64,000 nt of DNA from an uncultured Verrucomicrobiae bacterium (GCA_963806855.1 CAWDYW010000001.1:128001-192000), one strand, 5' to 3'. Counted from the first letter of the stretch, positions 52,686 through 63,017 are shown. The notes: generated by a model from the sequence alone, not told the origin. A program made the numbers and translations.

Positions 52686-53861
52686 ATGAGTCCATACGAA
52701 TCTATTCCCGAGTTGCCAGCGGATCCCATTTTTGGCCTTTCAGCGAGTTTTAAGGCCGATTCGCGCCCCAATAAATACACTTTTATTACCGGCTATTACA
52801 GGGGAGAAAATCTCCGCACTCCGATTTTGAAATGCATCGAAGAGGTGGAAAAGGGGCTGATTCCACAGAAGTTGTCAAAAGAATATTTACCTATCCATGG
52901 CGATCAAGAATTTATTGATGAGTTAGGGAAGGTGATCTTTGGCGAGGGGATGAAGGGCGATCGCATTTATGGCATTCAAACGGTCGGGGGCACAGGGGCG
53001 CTCTATCTGGCGGGGCGGCTTGCCAATTTGTGGACCCATCAGATCGCTATTTCGAATCCCACTTGGCCAAACCATTGGGGTATTTTTTCAGCTGCGGGGT
53101 TAAAAACGGAAGGCTATCCCTATTATGAAAAGAAACAATTGCAATTCAATTGGTGCATAGAAAAATTTCAGACCCTTCCAGAGGGAAGCTGTATTCTGCT
53201 CCATAATTGCTGTCATAATCCGACCGGATTGGACTTTAACAAGGAGCAATGGCTGCAAATTGCTGAGGTGATTGAAAAAAAACGGCTCTATCCGATTCTC
53301 GACATGGCCTATCAAGGTTTTTCTAAATCTCCCGAAGAGGATGCTTATCCGGCTCGCCTTTTTCTCTCTAAGGGATTCGAGTTTGCATTGACTTATACAT
53401 GTGCGAAGACGTTTTCCATGTATGGCGAAAGGGGCGGAGCGCTCTATGTAGTGGCTAATTCTCCCAAAACTCTGTCTGCAATAAGCAGTCAATTGAGTAA
53501 CATCGCCAGATGTACCTATTCCAATCCGCCGATGCATCCTGCACTTCTTGTCAAAGCAGTGCTCAAGACGCCCGAACTGCGCAAGAAGTGGTTAGATGAA
53601 CTCGATGAAATGCGCAAGCGGATGGTCAAAATTCGCAACGACTTTGTCACGCTGATTTCAAATAAAGATCCATCTGGAGGATGGGACGAAATAGGCAAAG
53701 GGCACGGCCTGTTTTGCTCCAGCGATTTAGCTCCGGAGGCGATTCAACGATTGCGTGACGAAAAGGCTCTTTATCTCGCCGCAGATGGGCGCATCAATTT
53801 GACTGGATTGAATCAAACGAATCTGGAACAATTTGTCGACGCTTTACTAGAAGTTAAATGA
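52686..53861 (+). CDS. Aspartate/aromatic amino acid aminotransferase (AspC/TyrB family)
   Basis: PADPIFGL, QTVGGTGAL, HNPTG, DMAYQGF, KTFSMYGER, YSNPP, GRINL. Confidence 0.93.
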   Translation: MSPYESIPELPADPIFGLSASFKADSRPNKYTFITGYYRGENLRTPILKCIEEVEKGLIPQKLSKEYLPIHGDQEFIDELGKVIFGEGMKGDRIYGIQTVGGTGALYLAGRLANLWTHQIAISNPTWPNHWGIFSAAGLKTEGYPYYEKKQLQFNWCIEKFQTLPEGSCILLHNCCHNPTGLDFNKEQWLQIAEVIEKKRLYPILDMAYQGFSKSPEEDAYPARLFLSKGFEFALTYTCAKTFSMYGERGGALYVVANSPKTLSAISSQLSNIARCTYSNPPMHPALLVKAVLKTPELRKKWLDELDEMRKRMVKIRNDFVTLISNKDPSGGWDEIGKGHGLFCSSDLAPEAIQRLRDEKALYLAADGRINLTGLNQTNLEQFVDALLEVK

Positions 53862-54913
53862 TAAAGAATCGCTCCTTTTGGCTCCTCATTATTTTTCTAT
53901 TCTTGGTTCTCAGCTTGCCCCAAAAAAATGCGGGCAATCTGCGCACATGGATGGTCGCATTGGTTTCCCTTTCTGGATCGGGATCATTTCATGGAAGCGA
54001 AATTGAAAAACTCCACACTGAGAATCAGCTTCTCTATCAACAGTTAGAACGGCTCAAAAATTGGATTCTCGAGAATCAGCAGCTCGACAAAGAGAAAAAG
54101 GAGCTCATTCCTATTTTGTCTCAAGCGAGCGACCCTTTCTTTAGAAGGCGGGGCGAGTATTTGGCAAAGATGATCTATCGGCAGATGCATGCCCTTCCGG
54201 CGCGGATCGTTTTTCGAGATCCGAGTCCATGGAGCAGCAGTGTCTGGCTCAATGTGGGAGAGCGGGACAATCGGTCGCTTGGCTTCGATGTGGTCGCAAA
54301 AAATAGCCCTGTGGTGATCGGCAAGACGATCATCGGTGTCGTCGAAGAGGTGACTGAAAAAAGATGCCATGTTCGGCTGATTACAGATCGTTCGCTCTCA
54401 CCCTCAGTGCGCGCCGTGCGAGGCGGTGAGCAAAACCGGATTCTCTCTGAAAAGCTCCAAGGTGTGATCAAGATGCTTGCTCTTCGAGAAGATCTCTATG
54501 GCGCTGTCGATGTATCCCGCGCTTTGACTGGTTTCCGCGAGCAGCTCAATGAAGAGGCGAAAGAGCTCTATTTGGCAAAAGGGGAGCTCCACGGAACGGC
54601 TGCCCCGATCTGGAGAGTGCCGAAGAGGACGCTCAAAGGGGTCGGATTTAATTACGACTTTAGCGATGAAGAGGGGCCCGCTCGCAATCTGCGCACTGGA
54701 GCCTATGCAGGTGGGCAAGAGCCACTCATTAAAATCGGTGATCTCCTCGTCACAACCGGAGCCGATGGGATATTCCCGCCCGATTTTCATGTGGCGATTG
54801 TCTCTAAGATTCTCCCCTTGCACGAGGGGGGCTGCTCCTACGACTTAGAAGCCGAGATGCTCGCCCCCAATCTCAATAGCCTCTCGGAAGTGTTTGTGTT
54901 ACCGCCTCTCTGA
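53858..54913 (+). CDS. mreC: Rod shape-determining protein MreC
   Basis: N-terminal TM and coiled coil; ARIVFRDP..W, NSPVV, VRLITD, GDLLVTTG.DGIFP. Confidence 0.85.
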   Translation: MIKNRSFWLLIIFLFLVLSLPQKNAGNLRTWMVALVSLSGSGSFHGSEIEKLHTENQLLYQQLERLKNWILENQQLDKEKKELIPILSQASDPFFRRRGEYLAKMIYRQMHALPARIVFRDPSPWSSSVWLNVGERDNRSLGFDVVAKNSPVVIGKTIIGVVEEVTEKRCHVRLITDRSLSPSVRAVRGGEQNRILSEKLQGVIKMLALREDLYGAVDVSRALTGFREQLNEEAKELYLAKGELHGTAAPIWRVPKRTLKGVGFNYDFSDEEGPARNLRTGAYAGGQEPLIKIGDLLVTTGADGIFPPDFHVAIVSKILPLHEGGCSYDLEAEMLAPNLNSLSEVFVLPPL

Positions 54914-55773
54914 CCAAAAGCTGCGGTATAGGTTTTTTCTCGTATGGCTGAGAGGTGTTCTTGTGCACTCTCAATAGAACCCATGAATGGCTCTCCACAT
55001 TCACATAGCTTCCCTCCCTGTTTTAGAAAGAACATCGGACGGTTATAGGTTAAAAAATCGTAACCGACTGAGGAAAAGTCGCCTAAGTAGACTGTCGATT
55101 TCTCTAATAGAGGGTAGACTGCGGGGAAATTGAGGATAAACCGGGCTTTCGATTCATATTTGCCGATGATCCGATGAAAGCGAGCAGGGTCATTCTCCTC
55201 GAGCAGAGGATGGAGTTTAATCAGCAGATTGTACTTGGCGGCCAAAGCGTCGATGATCCTACCTGTCGATTCGAAAAAAGAGGTTGATGTGGCGGTTGTT
55301 TCCCATGTAGGAGCATAGAGAACGGCTTTCTTCTCGGTGTTAAAAAATTCTTGGGCCAGTTGGTCAAAATGGGTTTTGTATTGGTGGTAGAACTCGTAGC
55401 GCAGATTTCCTAAATTTTTATAAGTGAGATGGATGTCTTGGTCCACCGGCATGTTCAACAGTTCTTCCTTATCGGAAAATCCATGGGGAACAAATACGAA
55501 GCGGAGCTCTTTCCGATAGAGCAATTTGAGCATCGGTTTGAGTTCCATTGCCCAAAACTTTCCACAGGTGACTATGGTTTCATAATGCAGCGCAATAAAC
55601 TCGAGGGTCAACTCTCCAAGTGGCACATGCCGAATATCGACCATTGGATAAAACTTTTTTCCAAGTTCAAAGTGGTCTTCATTTGTAACAATCAGGGGAA
55701 TTTCCCAAAGAGCGCAAAGCGGGGCGAGATGGTCAAGATGAGTCTCAGGCCCAGAACTTATGGCGACGATCAT
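54838..55773 (-). CDS. CDP-glycerol glycerophosphotransferase-family protein
   Basis: HLDHLAPL, PHG.SDK, VLYAPTW, IKLHP, GDFSSVGYDFL..RP. Confidence 0.8.
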   Translation of the reverse strand: MIVAISSGPETHLDHLAPLCALWEIPLIVTNEDHFELGKKFYPMVDIRHVPLGELTLEFIALHYETIVTCGKFWAMELKPMLKLLYRKELRFVFVPHGFSDKEELLNMPVDQDIHLTYKNLGNLRYEFYHQYKTHFDQLAQEFFNTEKKAVLYAPTWETTATSTSFFESTGRIIDALAAKYNLLIKLHPLLEENDPARFHRIIGKYESKARFILNFPAVYPLLEKSTVYLGDFSSVGYDFLTYNRPMFFLKQGGKLCECGEPFMGSIESAQEHLSAIREKTYTAAFGQRGGNTNTSERLLRLGASISASKS

Positions 55774-56933
55774 AACTTTTGCAGGCTCTTCTCAAGCGCA
55801 TCTTTGTCAATTGTGACGATCTTGATTGCGCTATCGTTTTCACCACAGCTTAGATGCAGAAGTGTTTTCCCATCTTTCTTCTCTATTGCAAATCCGCAAG
55901 GAAAAATCACATATTTATCGGGCGAGGCTGTATTGAGGGCGGGGGTCTCATAGATTCCATCAAACAGAATCGGATTTGTCGAAACTCCTGTGATGCGGAA
56001 TGGGGGTTTTGCTTCAAAAGTATAAGCGCCCATCACATACCACCATGTTCCATCTTGTGCTTTAAATTTGCTGTGGAAGAAGGAGAGATATTCACCATCT
56101 ACTAAACGAGCGCCTGTTCCACCCAATGGAGTTCCCCATTTTTCGGACCACTTTTCGCACCAGAGATCGAGTTCTTGTGTCGGTTTAGGTTCAATCCATT
56201 CAGGCGTTTCTGCTGCAGTGACCTTTAAAATTTGGCGTGGTTCCAAGACTTGATATTCAAAGAGGACATTCTCAGAACCATCTTCATTGGTATAGATAAA
56301 GGGAGCCCAGTTTTTTTCCACTTTGCTCAAATGAAGATCGATTTTTTGAATATCGGTGGTTTCATGTTCATCAAGATTGACACGAGCAATATGCATCGCC
56401 CGAGAGTAGAATTTGGCGGGGACTAAATTGTTATAGACTAAGGAAAGATTGCCATTGTGCCACAAAGCCCTAGGATCTTCGCAAAATGGGCTCTTGGTAT
56501 CAATTGTGACAAATTCTTTATCGGTTTGATTAAAATTATTGTCTAATTCCACATAAGCAATGTGGGTGTGATAGAAATTCAAGTGCATCTGTTTAACGAT
56601 ATCGTAGCGAAAGAAAACCAGGTAGCCATCGCCATGTTCGATTATAGAGGGATTATAAGGAGCAAAGGCATTTCGGATATCTAGTTTTTTGACATTTAAA
56701 ACGATCACATTATTTGAAAAAGGAATTTTATCAAACTGCGGAGGAAATAGTTCTCTTTCCTCACCTAGAGCAGATTGAAATGGAATACCTTTTGCAATGT
56801 TTTCACATATCTTTAATCGCTTAGAGGTCTTCTTTTTATGAGATTGGAGTTTTAGATCGAAACATTTGTATTCGGCCACCGTGAGAGCAGTGAGTCCTAA
56901 AAGAATAACGAAGGCTAACTTTATCTTCTTCAT
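55770..56933 (-). CDS. Beta-propeller glycoside hydrolase/transferase (GH130/GT91-like) with N-terminal anchor
   Basis: YNPSII, EDPR, EKNWAPF, GGT, FFHS, VIFPCG, SCGEND. Confidence 0.65.
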   Translation of the reverse strand: MKKIKLAFVILLGLTALTVAEYKCFDLKLQSHKKKTSKRLKICENIAKGIPFQSALGEERELFPPQFDKIPFSNNVIVLNVKKLDIRNAFAPYNPSIIEHGDGYLVFFRYDIVKQMHLNFYHTHIAYVELDNNFNQTDKEFVTIDTKSPFCEDPRALWHNGNLSLVYNNLVPAKFYSRAMHIARVNLDEHETTDIQKIDLHLSKVEKNWAPFIYTNEDGSENVLFEYQVLEPRQILKVTAAETPEWIEPKPTQELDLWCEKWSEKWGTPLGGTGARLVDGEYLSFFHSKFKAQDGTWWYVMGAYTFEAKPPFRITGVSTNPILFDGIYETPALNTASPDKYVIFPCGFAIEKKDGKTLLHLSCGENDSAIKIVTIDKDALEKSLQKL

Positions 56934-57053
56934 GGGCCCTTTTTTAAGTAAAGAGATTGTCTATTATTCATCTTTGGCCTCTTCATGTCAACCGTGCCAT
57001 TGATTTAAAACATTCATGGCTTAGAATAGGTACATCAAAAAATAAGGCGGTTT

Positions 57054-57898
57054 ATGTTAAGGATATTTTTTTGTTTGTTGTGTTTTTCAGCTCTTAATGC
57101 AAACTGGGAAGAGCTTGTAAGACCATGTGAAAATAAAGAGGGGAACCATTCAATTGCGGAGATCGACTTTATTTACATGGTAAATCTTAAGATTAGACCG
57201 CAAAAATGGGAAAAGTCTCGAAGCCAGCTCTTGCCATACGGGATTATTCCATACCGATTTGATGCGATTAATGGATGGGATTTAGATCCTGAGCATTTTA
57301 AGAATCTGGGATGCCCGGTTTGATGCCGGGAATGAGTGCGGGCATAAAAGGTTGTCTGCTGAGCTTTCTTTCTGTTTTTTCTGATGCTTATCATTCCGGA
57401 TATGAAACGGTATGGATCATGGAAGATGATATCGATGTGGTAGAAGATCCCAGGCAGCTTCCTGGATTAATTCGAGAATTAGATCAATTGGTACCTGATT
57501 GGGATATTCTCTATACTGATATCGATACAAAAGATTTTTATGGAAAACGGGTTCCCTCTCTAGCTATTTATCCTCGGCCAAATTTCCCTCCGCAACCTTT
57601 AGATTTTTATCTCCGAAAGATTCCAGTTAATGAAACATTTCAAGAGATTGGGATGCGATATGGATGTTATTCGATGATTGTCCGCAGGTCTGGGCTGAAA
57701 AAAATCTTGGAATATTTCACTACTTATCGATTATTTTTGCCCATAGACCTGGATCTATTATTTGTGCCGGGTTTAAAGCAAATATCTCTAACTAGAGATG
57801 TGGTGTCTACATTGCCTGGGATAAAGTCTGATACTAATTATCACTATCGCGCGAACGATTTGAGATATAATCGGCCAAGAGAACTCTCTCCATCGTAG
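57054..57898 (+). CDS. Glycosyltransferase family 25 with signal peptide, frameshift near 57310
   Basis: YMVNL..RP.K, RFDAING, GC.LS, IMEDD, PID. Confidence 0.8.
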
Positions 57899-58482
57899 AA
57901 GCAATGCTCCAGAATAGAGCTTCCCTTAGGGTTGCTCTGCATGAAGTGCTCGAGTTCTTCGAGCAAAGCGAGCTCTTGGGGATGGTCGCCTAGCGCGCGG
58001 TAGAGGCTCGCGAGGCGGAAGAGGTTGAAGCCATAGAGGAGTGAGCTCTGGTCGAGGCTGTTGTTGAGGGCGAGGGAATGGTGCAGGGCCTCGTTGAGCT
58101 TGCCTTCGGAGATGAGCAGTGATACTTCGGCAAACGCGGTGTGCTCGGGGGTTTGCTTGAGGACTCGGTTGAAGACTCCTTCGGCGAAGGGCTTCGCTTT
58201 ATCCCCTTGGTTGCGGGCGATGAATTTGTCGGCGATGAGAGCTCCAAACTTGGTGTTTAAGTCGGGATGGGTCGAGAGCGCTTTTTCGAGCTGGTCAAAG
58301 TCTTTGCCGTGGAGCATCCACTTTTCAAATGCAAGGTTCGCACAGATGTAGTTGGTGGGCGTGGGCTTCTGAAACTTCTGAACGAGCTGAAAGGTGACGA
58401 AGATGATTGCGATTATAATTGCGACGCCATAGAAGAAATGACGTTGTTTTTCTTGCAACCAATCAATCCATAGATCTTTCAT
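57844..58482 (-). CDS. Hypothetical single-TM helical (TPR-like) protein
   Basis: N-terminal TM followed by an all-helical domain; coupled to the upstream ATPase-like gene. Confidence 0.6.
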   Translation of the reverse strand: MKDLWIDWLQEKQRHFFYGVAIIIAIIFVTFQLVQKFQKPTPTNYICANLAFEKWMLHGKDFDQLEKALSTHPDLNTKFGALIADKFIARNQGDKAKPFAEGVFNRVLKQTPEHTAFAEVSLLISEGKLNEALHHSLALNNSLDQSSLLYGFNLFRLASLYRALGDHPQELALLEELEHFMQSNPKGSSILEHCFYDGESSLGRLYLKSFAR

Positions 58483-60214
58483 GCTCTAATTGTATTAGTT
58501 CTTTTTTTATTTGTACAGATTTTTTGCGTAAGGTGTTCTGGGAAATTAGGAGTGTACTGAGGACCATTGCGGCGCCGGCGAGGATTGGATGGATGAAGCC
58601 TAGGGCCGCAAGGGGGATGAGGATGAGGTGGTAGCTGTAGGCGAAGAGGAGGTTTTGGCTGATTTTCTGAAAGGCGGATTTGGAGAGTTGGATGGTCTCG
58701 ACTAGGTGGCTGAGGGGGATTTTTCCAAAGGCGATGTCGGCTGTGGAGAGGGCCTCAGGATTTTCGCCGACCATGGCGACGATTTTCCCTTCTCGCTTGG
58801 CCATTTCGACATACTTGGTTTGGTCTTGGGGTTGCAGCTCTGCATGGAAGGTATCGAAGTGGAGGGCGGTAGCGGTTCTTTCGGTTTGCCTTTTTTGATC
58901 GGAGGAGAGGAGCTCTGTCTGGATGTTGAGTTGTTTAAGGGCGAGGATGGCCTCCGCGCTGTCTGGTTGAATTTGATCGGAGAGGAGTAGATAGCCGATG
59001 CTCAGTTTTTCTGTTCCGAAGGCGACGAGGAGGCCGGTCTCTTCGTTGTACGGTTGTTGGAATTTGTCAATGGGGATCCGGTGCTGCTGGAAGTAGGCCA
59101 TGGACCCGAGAAAGTATTTTCGCTCGTCGAAGTAGCCGTTGACGCCTTGGCCGGGAGCGGTGCGGAAGACCATCATGGAGGAAATGGAGGGAGCTGCCTT
59201 TAGTTGGTCGAGGATCACTTTGGAGGCGGGATGGTCGGAGTGCTCGCAGAGTGTTTTGACGATGGGATAATAGCTCTGGGGGATGGTGTTCTTTTCGATG
59301 GTGAGGGCTTCTTCGCTGATGATGGCTTTTTTGTCGATGATCACTCGGTCGATTTTGCGGGCAGCTTCGATCGCTTTGGTCTCTTTGATGAAGATCCCTT
59401 TTTCAAAGGCTTTGTTGCAGGCAAGGGCGATGGGGAGGGATCGGGCAAGGGAGAATGCGCGAGGAGAGGCGATGAGGAGGACGGTGAGGGCATTTAGGAA
59501 ACCTTGGGCGGTGAAATGCCAACCGATCCAGGTGAAGAGGGAGATGCTGATGAAGAGGACGGTGGCCGTTTTCTGAAGGGATGGTTGAGGCGGCCGGTTG
59601 CTCTGTAGGATGTGGTTTAGGAAGGTCGCATGGCCCGGTTTGGTTGCCATGCCGATGAGGGTGCCATGGTGGTTCATGCTGCCGGCATAGATGGGGTGGC
59701 CGGTCTGTTTCTCGATGGCTTTATTGCCGCCAAAGAGCATCGACTCGTCGACGACGCTCTCCCCTTTTTCAATATGGCCGTCGGCGGGGATGAGTTCGTT
59801 GGGATTCACGATGAAGATGTCGCCGGTGCAAATTTCTGCGGCGGGAATTTTGAAGAGCTCTCCTTTTCGTTTGACTTGGGCAAATTGAGGTTGGAGGAGG
59901 GCGGTTCTTCGGCTTTTCGCTTGGCGTTGATAGCGGTTTTCTAGAATGCGGCTGAGCAAAAGGAGGGTGATCAGGAAGGCGCTCGTTTCGAAATAGATGC
60001 CCCGTGTGTGGTGGATGAAAACGAAGTAAAAGCTAAAGAGGTAAGTGCCGGTGATGCCGATGACGGGGAGGAGGTTTTTTTTCCAGTTGGAATAGAGCGG
60101 CCAGCCACAAAAAAATTGGGCGATTGTCGCGATGACTCCCTGGATGCCCAGCGGTAGGGGGAATAGCAGGGCGATTGAACACAGGACGGCGACTATGGCG
60201 CGACAATTTTGCAT
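58463..60214 (-). CDS. Heavy-metal P1B-type ATPase homologue with degenerate catalytic motifs
   Basis: IYFETSA, IPADG..VDESM, YAGS.N, S.HP, PGQGV, AEL.P, QNL.FA.YH...IPLAA.G...P.LAGAAM..S retained. Confidence 0.8.
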   Translation of the reverse strand: MQNCRAIVAVLCSIALLFPLPLGIQGVIATIAQFFCGWPLYSNWKKNLLPVIGITGTYLFSFYFVFIHHTRGIYFETSAFLITLLLLSRILENRYQRQAKSRRTALLQPQFAQVKRKGELFKIPAAEICTGDIFIVNPNELIPADGHIEKGESVVDESMLFGGNKAIEKQTGHPIYAGSMNHHGTLIGMATKPGHATFLNHILQSNRPPQPSLQKTATVLFISISLFTWIGWHFTAQGFLNALTVLLIASPRAFSLARSLPIALACNKAFEKGIFIKETKAIEAARKIDRVIIDKKAIISEEALTIEKNTIPQSYYPIVKTLCEHSDHPASKVILDQLKAAPSISSMMVFRTAPGQGVNGYFDERKYFLGSMAYFQQHRIPIDKFQQPYNEETGLLVAFGTEKLSIGYLLLSDQIQPDSAEAILALKQLNIQTELLSSDQKRQTERTATALHFDTFHAELQPQDQTKYVEMAKREGKIVAMVGENPEALSTADIAFGKIPLSHLVETIQLSKSAFQKISQNLLFAYSYHLILIPLAALGFIHPILAGAAMVLSTLLISQNTLRKKSVQIKKELIQLEHERSMD

Positions 60215-61297
60215 TTAGATTGACTGGTAGATGTTCTCCATTAGATCCAAGGTATGCTGTATGGTAAATTTATTTTCAACTAATTGGCGAGCCCTTTTTC
60301 CCATCTGCTGCCGTTTTTCTGGATCGTCATAGAGGGAGAGGACGGCGTTAGCGACATCTTTGGGGCGTCCGGGGGGCACGAGGATGCCGGTCTCTTGATT
60401 GCGACAGACTTCGGGAAGGCCGCCGACGGTGGTGGTGATCAGCGGTTTTTGGAGGTAGGCAGCTTGGAGGCAGGCTTGGGAGATTCCTTCGTTGGCGGTG
60501 CTGAGGAGGGTGAAGATGTCGAGGGCGGCGATGGCGGGGAAGGGGTTGTCGAGATGTCCGGTGAAATGGAGGATGTTGTCGAGGCCAAGTTCTGCGGCGA
60601 GGCCTTTGTACCGATCGACGTAGCCGCCGCCGATGATGACCCATTTGATTTGGTTGAAATCACGCAGCAGATGGGCCGCTTTCATCAGGTCTTGAATCCC
60701 TTTCCAGGAGCGGACGAAGCAGGCTGTCCCGACGAGGCAATCTTCTGGGCCAAGTCCAAGTTCTCGTCGAAATTCTTGGATATCGGCCCCGTTTGGCTGG
60801 AGCTCTTCGGGGTCGACTCCGGTGGCGACGAGGCGACATTTCTCTGGATGAATTTTTGATTGCTCGACGATCGGGGAAATGATCTGGCTGGAGGTGGTGA
60901 CGACGAAGTCAGCGAGGGAATTGTAGAGGAGGCGGCTGTTGAGTCCTTTTCGAATCGGGGTGGAGAGGTGGCGGGTGCGGATCACTTTTTTTCGGGTCAT
61001 CCGAGCTGCGACTCCCCCAATCCAAGCGTCGGTCGAGGAGTGGGTGTTGATCAGGTCGATTTTGTGTTTGTGGATTATTTTGACCAGTTGAAGCAAGGGG
61101 TAGAGGGCTTTGGGCTTGGAGTATTCGATTTCGTAGACGGTAAAGCCAGCGGCGCGGGCTCTTGCGACTAGGCCTCCTCCTTTGGCAACGGCCATGATGA
61201 CTTCATGTCCACGCTTTCGCATCCCTTCTGACTCACGGAGGATACGGATTTCTTGTCCTCCCCAGCCGTTTGAGCTTTCAGTGTGTAAGATTCGCAT
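60215..61297 (-). CDS. Glycosyltransferase family 4
   Basis: MRILHTESS.GWGGQE, HSS.D, RTRH, EGISQ..LQA, VGGLPE. Confidence 0.92.
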   Translation of the reverse strand: MRILHTESSNGWGGQEIRILRESEGMRKRGHEVIMAVAKGGGLVARARAAGFTVYEIEYSKPKALYPLLQLVKIIHKHKIDLINTHSSTDAWIGGVAARMTRKKVIRTRHLSTPIRKGLNSRLLYNSLADFVVTTSSQIISPIVEQSKIHPEKCRLVATGVDPEELQPNGADIQEFRRELGLGPEDCLVGTACFVRSWKGIQDLMKAAHLLRDFNQIKWVIIGGGYVDRYKGLAAELGLDNILHFTGHLDNPFPAIAALDIFTLLSTANEGISQACLQAAYLQKPLITTTVGGLPEVCRNQETGILVPPGRPKDVANAVLSLYDDPEKRQQMGKRARQLVENKFTIQHTLDLMENIYQSI

Positions 61298-62321
61298 GGT
61301 TCTCCAGTAGGTTAAGGATTTGCCGGTGGCCGGATGAAAAGGGGAGCGTGGGAAGTTTCTCTAGGGCGAGCCACTGAAATCCTTCAATTTCTCTCTTCTC
61401 TTCGGCGATCCAAAGGGAGGGGAAAAGTTGAGATTTGTAGCGAGTAAAAGTGTGGGTGACGGTTTTTAAATTTTTACAGTGATGGAGCTTTCCGGGATAA
61501 AAAGTGTCGGATAATCCCCGATCGACGTAGGGGAACTCATAGAGTCCTGACATCACTTTTTTACCCCGGTGTTGTTGGACCAAGAATGCCTCTTGATGGT
61601 TGATTAGCAAAACTTCTCTCTCCAGTAGGGTGATCGAAGTGCGCTGCTTTTTTTTGGGGAGCTGCTCTGCTTTTCCTAAATGATAGGCTCGGCAGTCGTC
61701 CCTCAAGGGGCAGTCTGCGCACGCGGGTCTGCGGGTGCACACTGTGGCCCCAAGTTCTATTAACGCTTCCATAATGACCCATGGCTCTGTATCTGGCAAG
61801 AGTTCTTCTACTTTCTCTCTTAGTCTCTTTTGAACAGAGGGGAGGTCGATCGGCTCTTCAATGCAGAAAAATCGGCTGATCACACGGGCGACATTCCCAT
61901 CGAGGGCGGCAGCTTTTTTATGGAAAGCGAAGCTGAGGATCGCTCCGATGGTATAAGGGCCGAGTCCTTTGACTTCAGCCAGAAGCTTGGGATCGGAGGG
62001 GAGATTGCTGTTATGATGCTCGACCAAAAATTTCGCTCCCTCATGCAGGTTTCTAGCTCTTGAGTAATAGCCGAGTCCTTCCCAGAGTTTGATCACCTCT
62101 TCGATTGGGGCGGCGGCGAGGGCTTCGATTGTGGGGAAGCGGGCCATCCATCTTTCGAAATAGGGGACGACGACGGAGGCTTGGGTCTGTTGTAGCATCA
62201 CTTCAGAGACCCAAACGGCATATGGGGAGGGGTTGCCTCGCCAAGGAAAATTTCTCTTATTCTCTTCAAACCAGTCTCTTAAACCGATATGAGGAAAATC
62301 CTGCTTGTTAAATGGTTTCAT
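61278..62321 (-). CDS. mutY: A/G-specific adenine glycosylase
   Basis: VWVSEVMLQQTQ, WEGLGYYSRARNL, HhH GLGPYT, DGNVARV, Fe-S C..C.CPL..C. Confidence 0.96.
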   Translation of the reverse strand: MKPFNKQDFPHIGLRDWFEENKRNFPWRGNPSPYAVWVSEVMLQQTQASVVVPYFERWMARFPTIEALAAAPIEEVIKLWEGLGYYSRARNLHEGAKFLVEHHNSNLPSDPKLLAEVKGLGPYTIGAILSFAFHKKAAALDGNVARVISRFFCIEEPIDLPSVQKRLREKVEELLPDTEPWVIMEALIELGATVCTRRPACADCPLRDDCRAYHLGKAEQLPKKKQRTSITLLEREVLLINHQEAFLVQQHRGKKVMSGLYEFPYVDRGLSDTFYPGKLHHCKNLKTVTHTFTRYKSQLFPSLWIAEEKREIEGFQWLALEKLPTLPFSSGHRQILNLLENHANLTH

Positions 62322-62350
62322 TGCTGTTAAATGAAAAGATCCGGATCATA

Positions 62351-62518
62351 ATACCCTGCGCGGTTAAAAATTGTGAATTTGGACCCACGCGAAAGCTCTC
62401 CGCGGTTCAACTGTTTTTCCGAGGGTAGTATCGAATTAATACTAACCCTCGGAAAAACAGTTGAACCCCGAGGCTTTGGCGCGGTCCAAATCCACAATTT
62501 TTTGACCGCGCTGGGTAT
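62351..62518. repeat. Long imperfect inverted repeat (about 80-bp arms) between divergent genes
   Basis: Perfect 23-bp core GGTTCAACTGTTTTTCCGAGGGT (62404-62426) / ACCCTCGGAAAAACAGTTGAACC (62445-62467); arms extend to ATACCC / GGGTAT. Confidence 0.92.
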
Positions 62519-62529
62519 AAGAGGACATA

Positions 62530-63015
62530 ATGACAGTTAATCCAAACTCGAGCAAGGAAAATTGGGAAAAAATGGGGCAAAATCTAAACAACGCATTAAA
62601 ATATGAGATCGAGTTGATGCGGGAGCTTCTTTCCAATCTGCACCAAGAGGAGCTCGCTTTGCTGGAGAATGATCGACACCGATGGGGCAAGGTGATGGAG
62701 CAGAGATCTGACCATATTCTCAGTCTCAAGGTCATCCGCCATACACGGCTAAAAGCAACTGAAGAGTTGGCTAAGCTCGCCTCTGACCAGGGAAGGAAGG
62801 AACTTATTCCAGTCTATGATGAGGGAAGCTGTGAAATTTTGAGCAAACTCGACCAGATTTTCGCTCTCCTCGACCGGATTAACCTCCAAAACTGCCGCAA
62901 CGACGTCCTTTTCGAGCAGTCAAAGCAAAAGCAGGAGCTCCCCCTCCAATGCCCTTACCCCCATCCTCTGCATAAGAGCGTGAGAAAAACTAAGGTTGCA
63001 ACTTATAATCAGTAG
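62530..63015 (+). CDS. FlgN-like helical protein (putative export chaperone)
   Basis: E..L.RELL..L.QE..AL...D, R and QN.RN..L pattern of FlgN. Confidence 0.5.
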   Translation: MTVNPNSSKENWEKMGQNLNNALKYEIELMRELLSNLHQEELALLENDRHRWGKVMEQRSDHILSLKVIRHTRLKATEELAKLASDQGRKELIPVYDEGSCEILSKLDQIFALLDRINLQNCRNDVLFEQSKQKQELPLQCPYPHPLHKSVRKTKVATYNQ

Positions 63016-63017
63016 CT

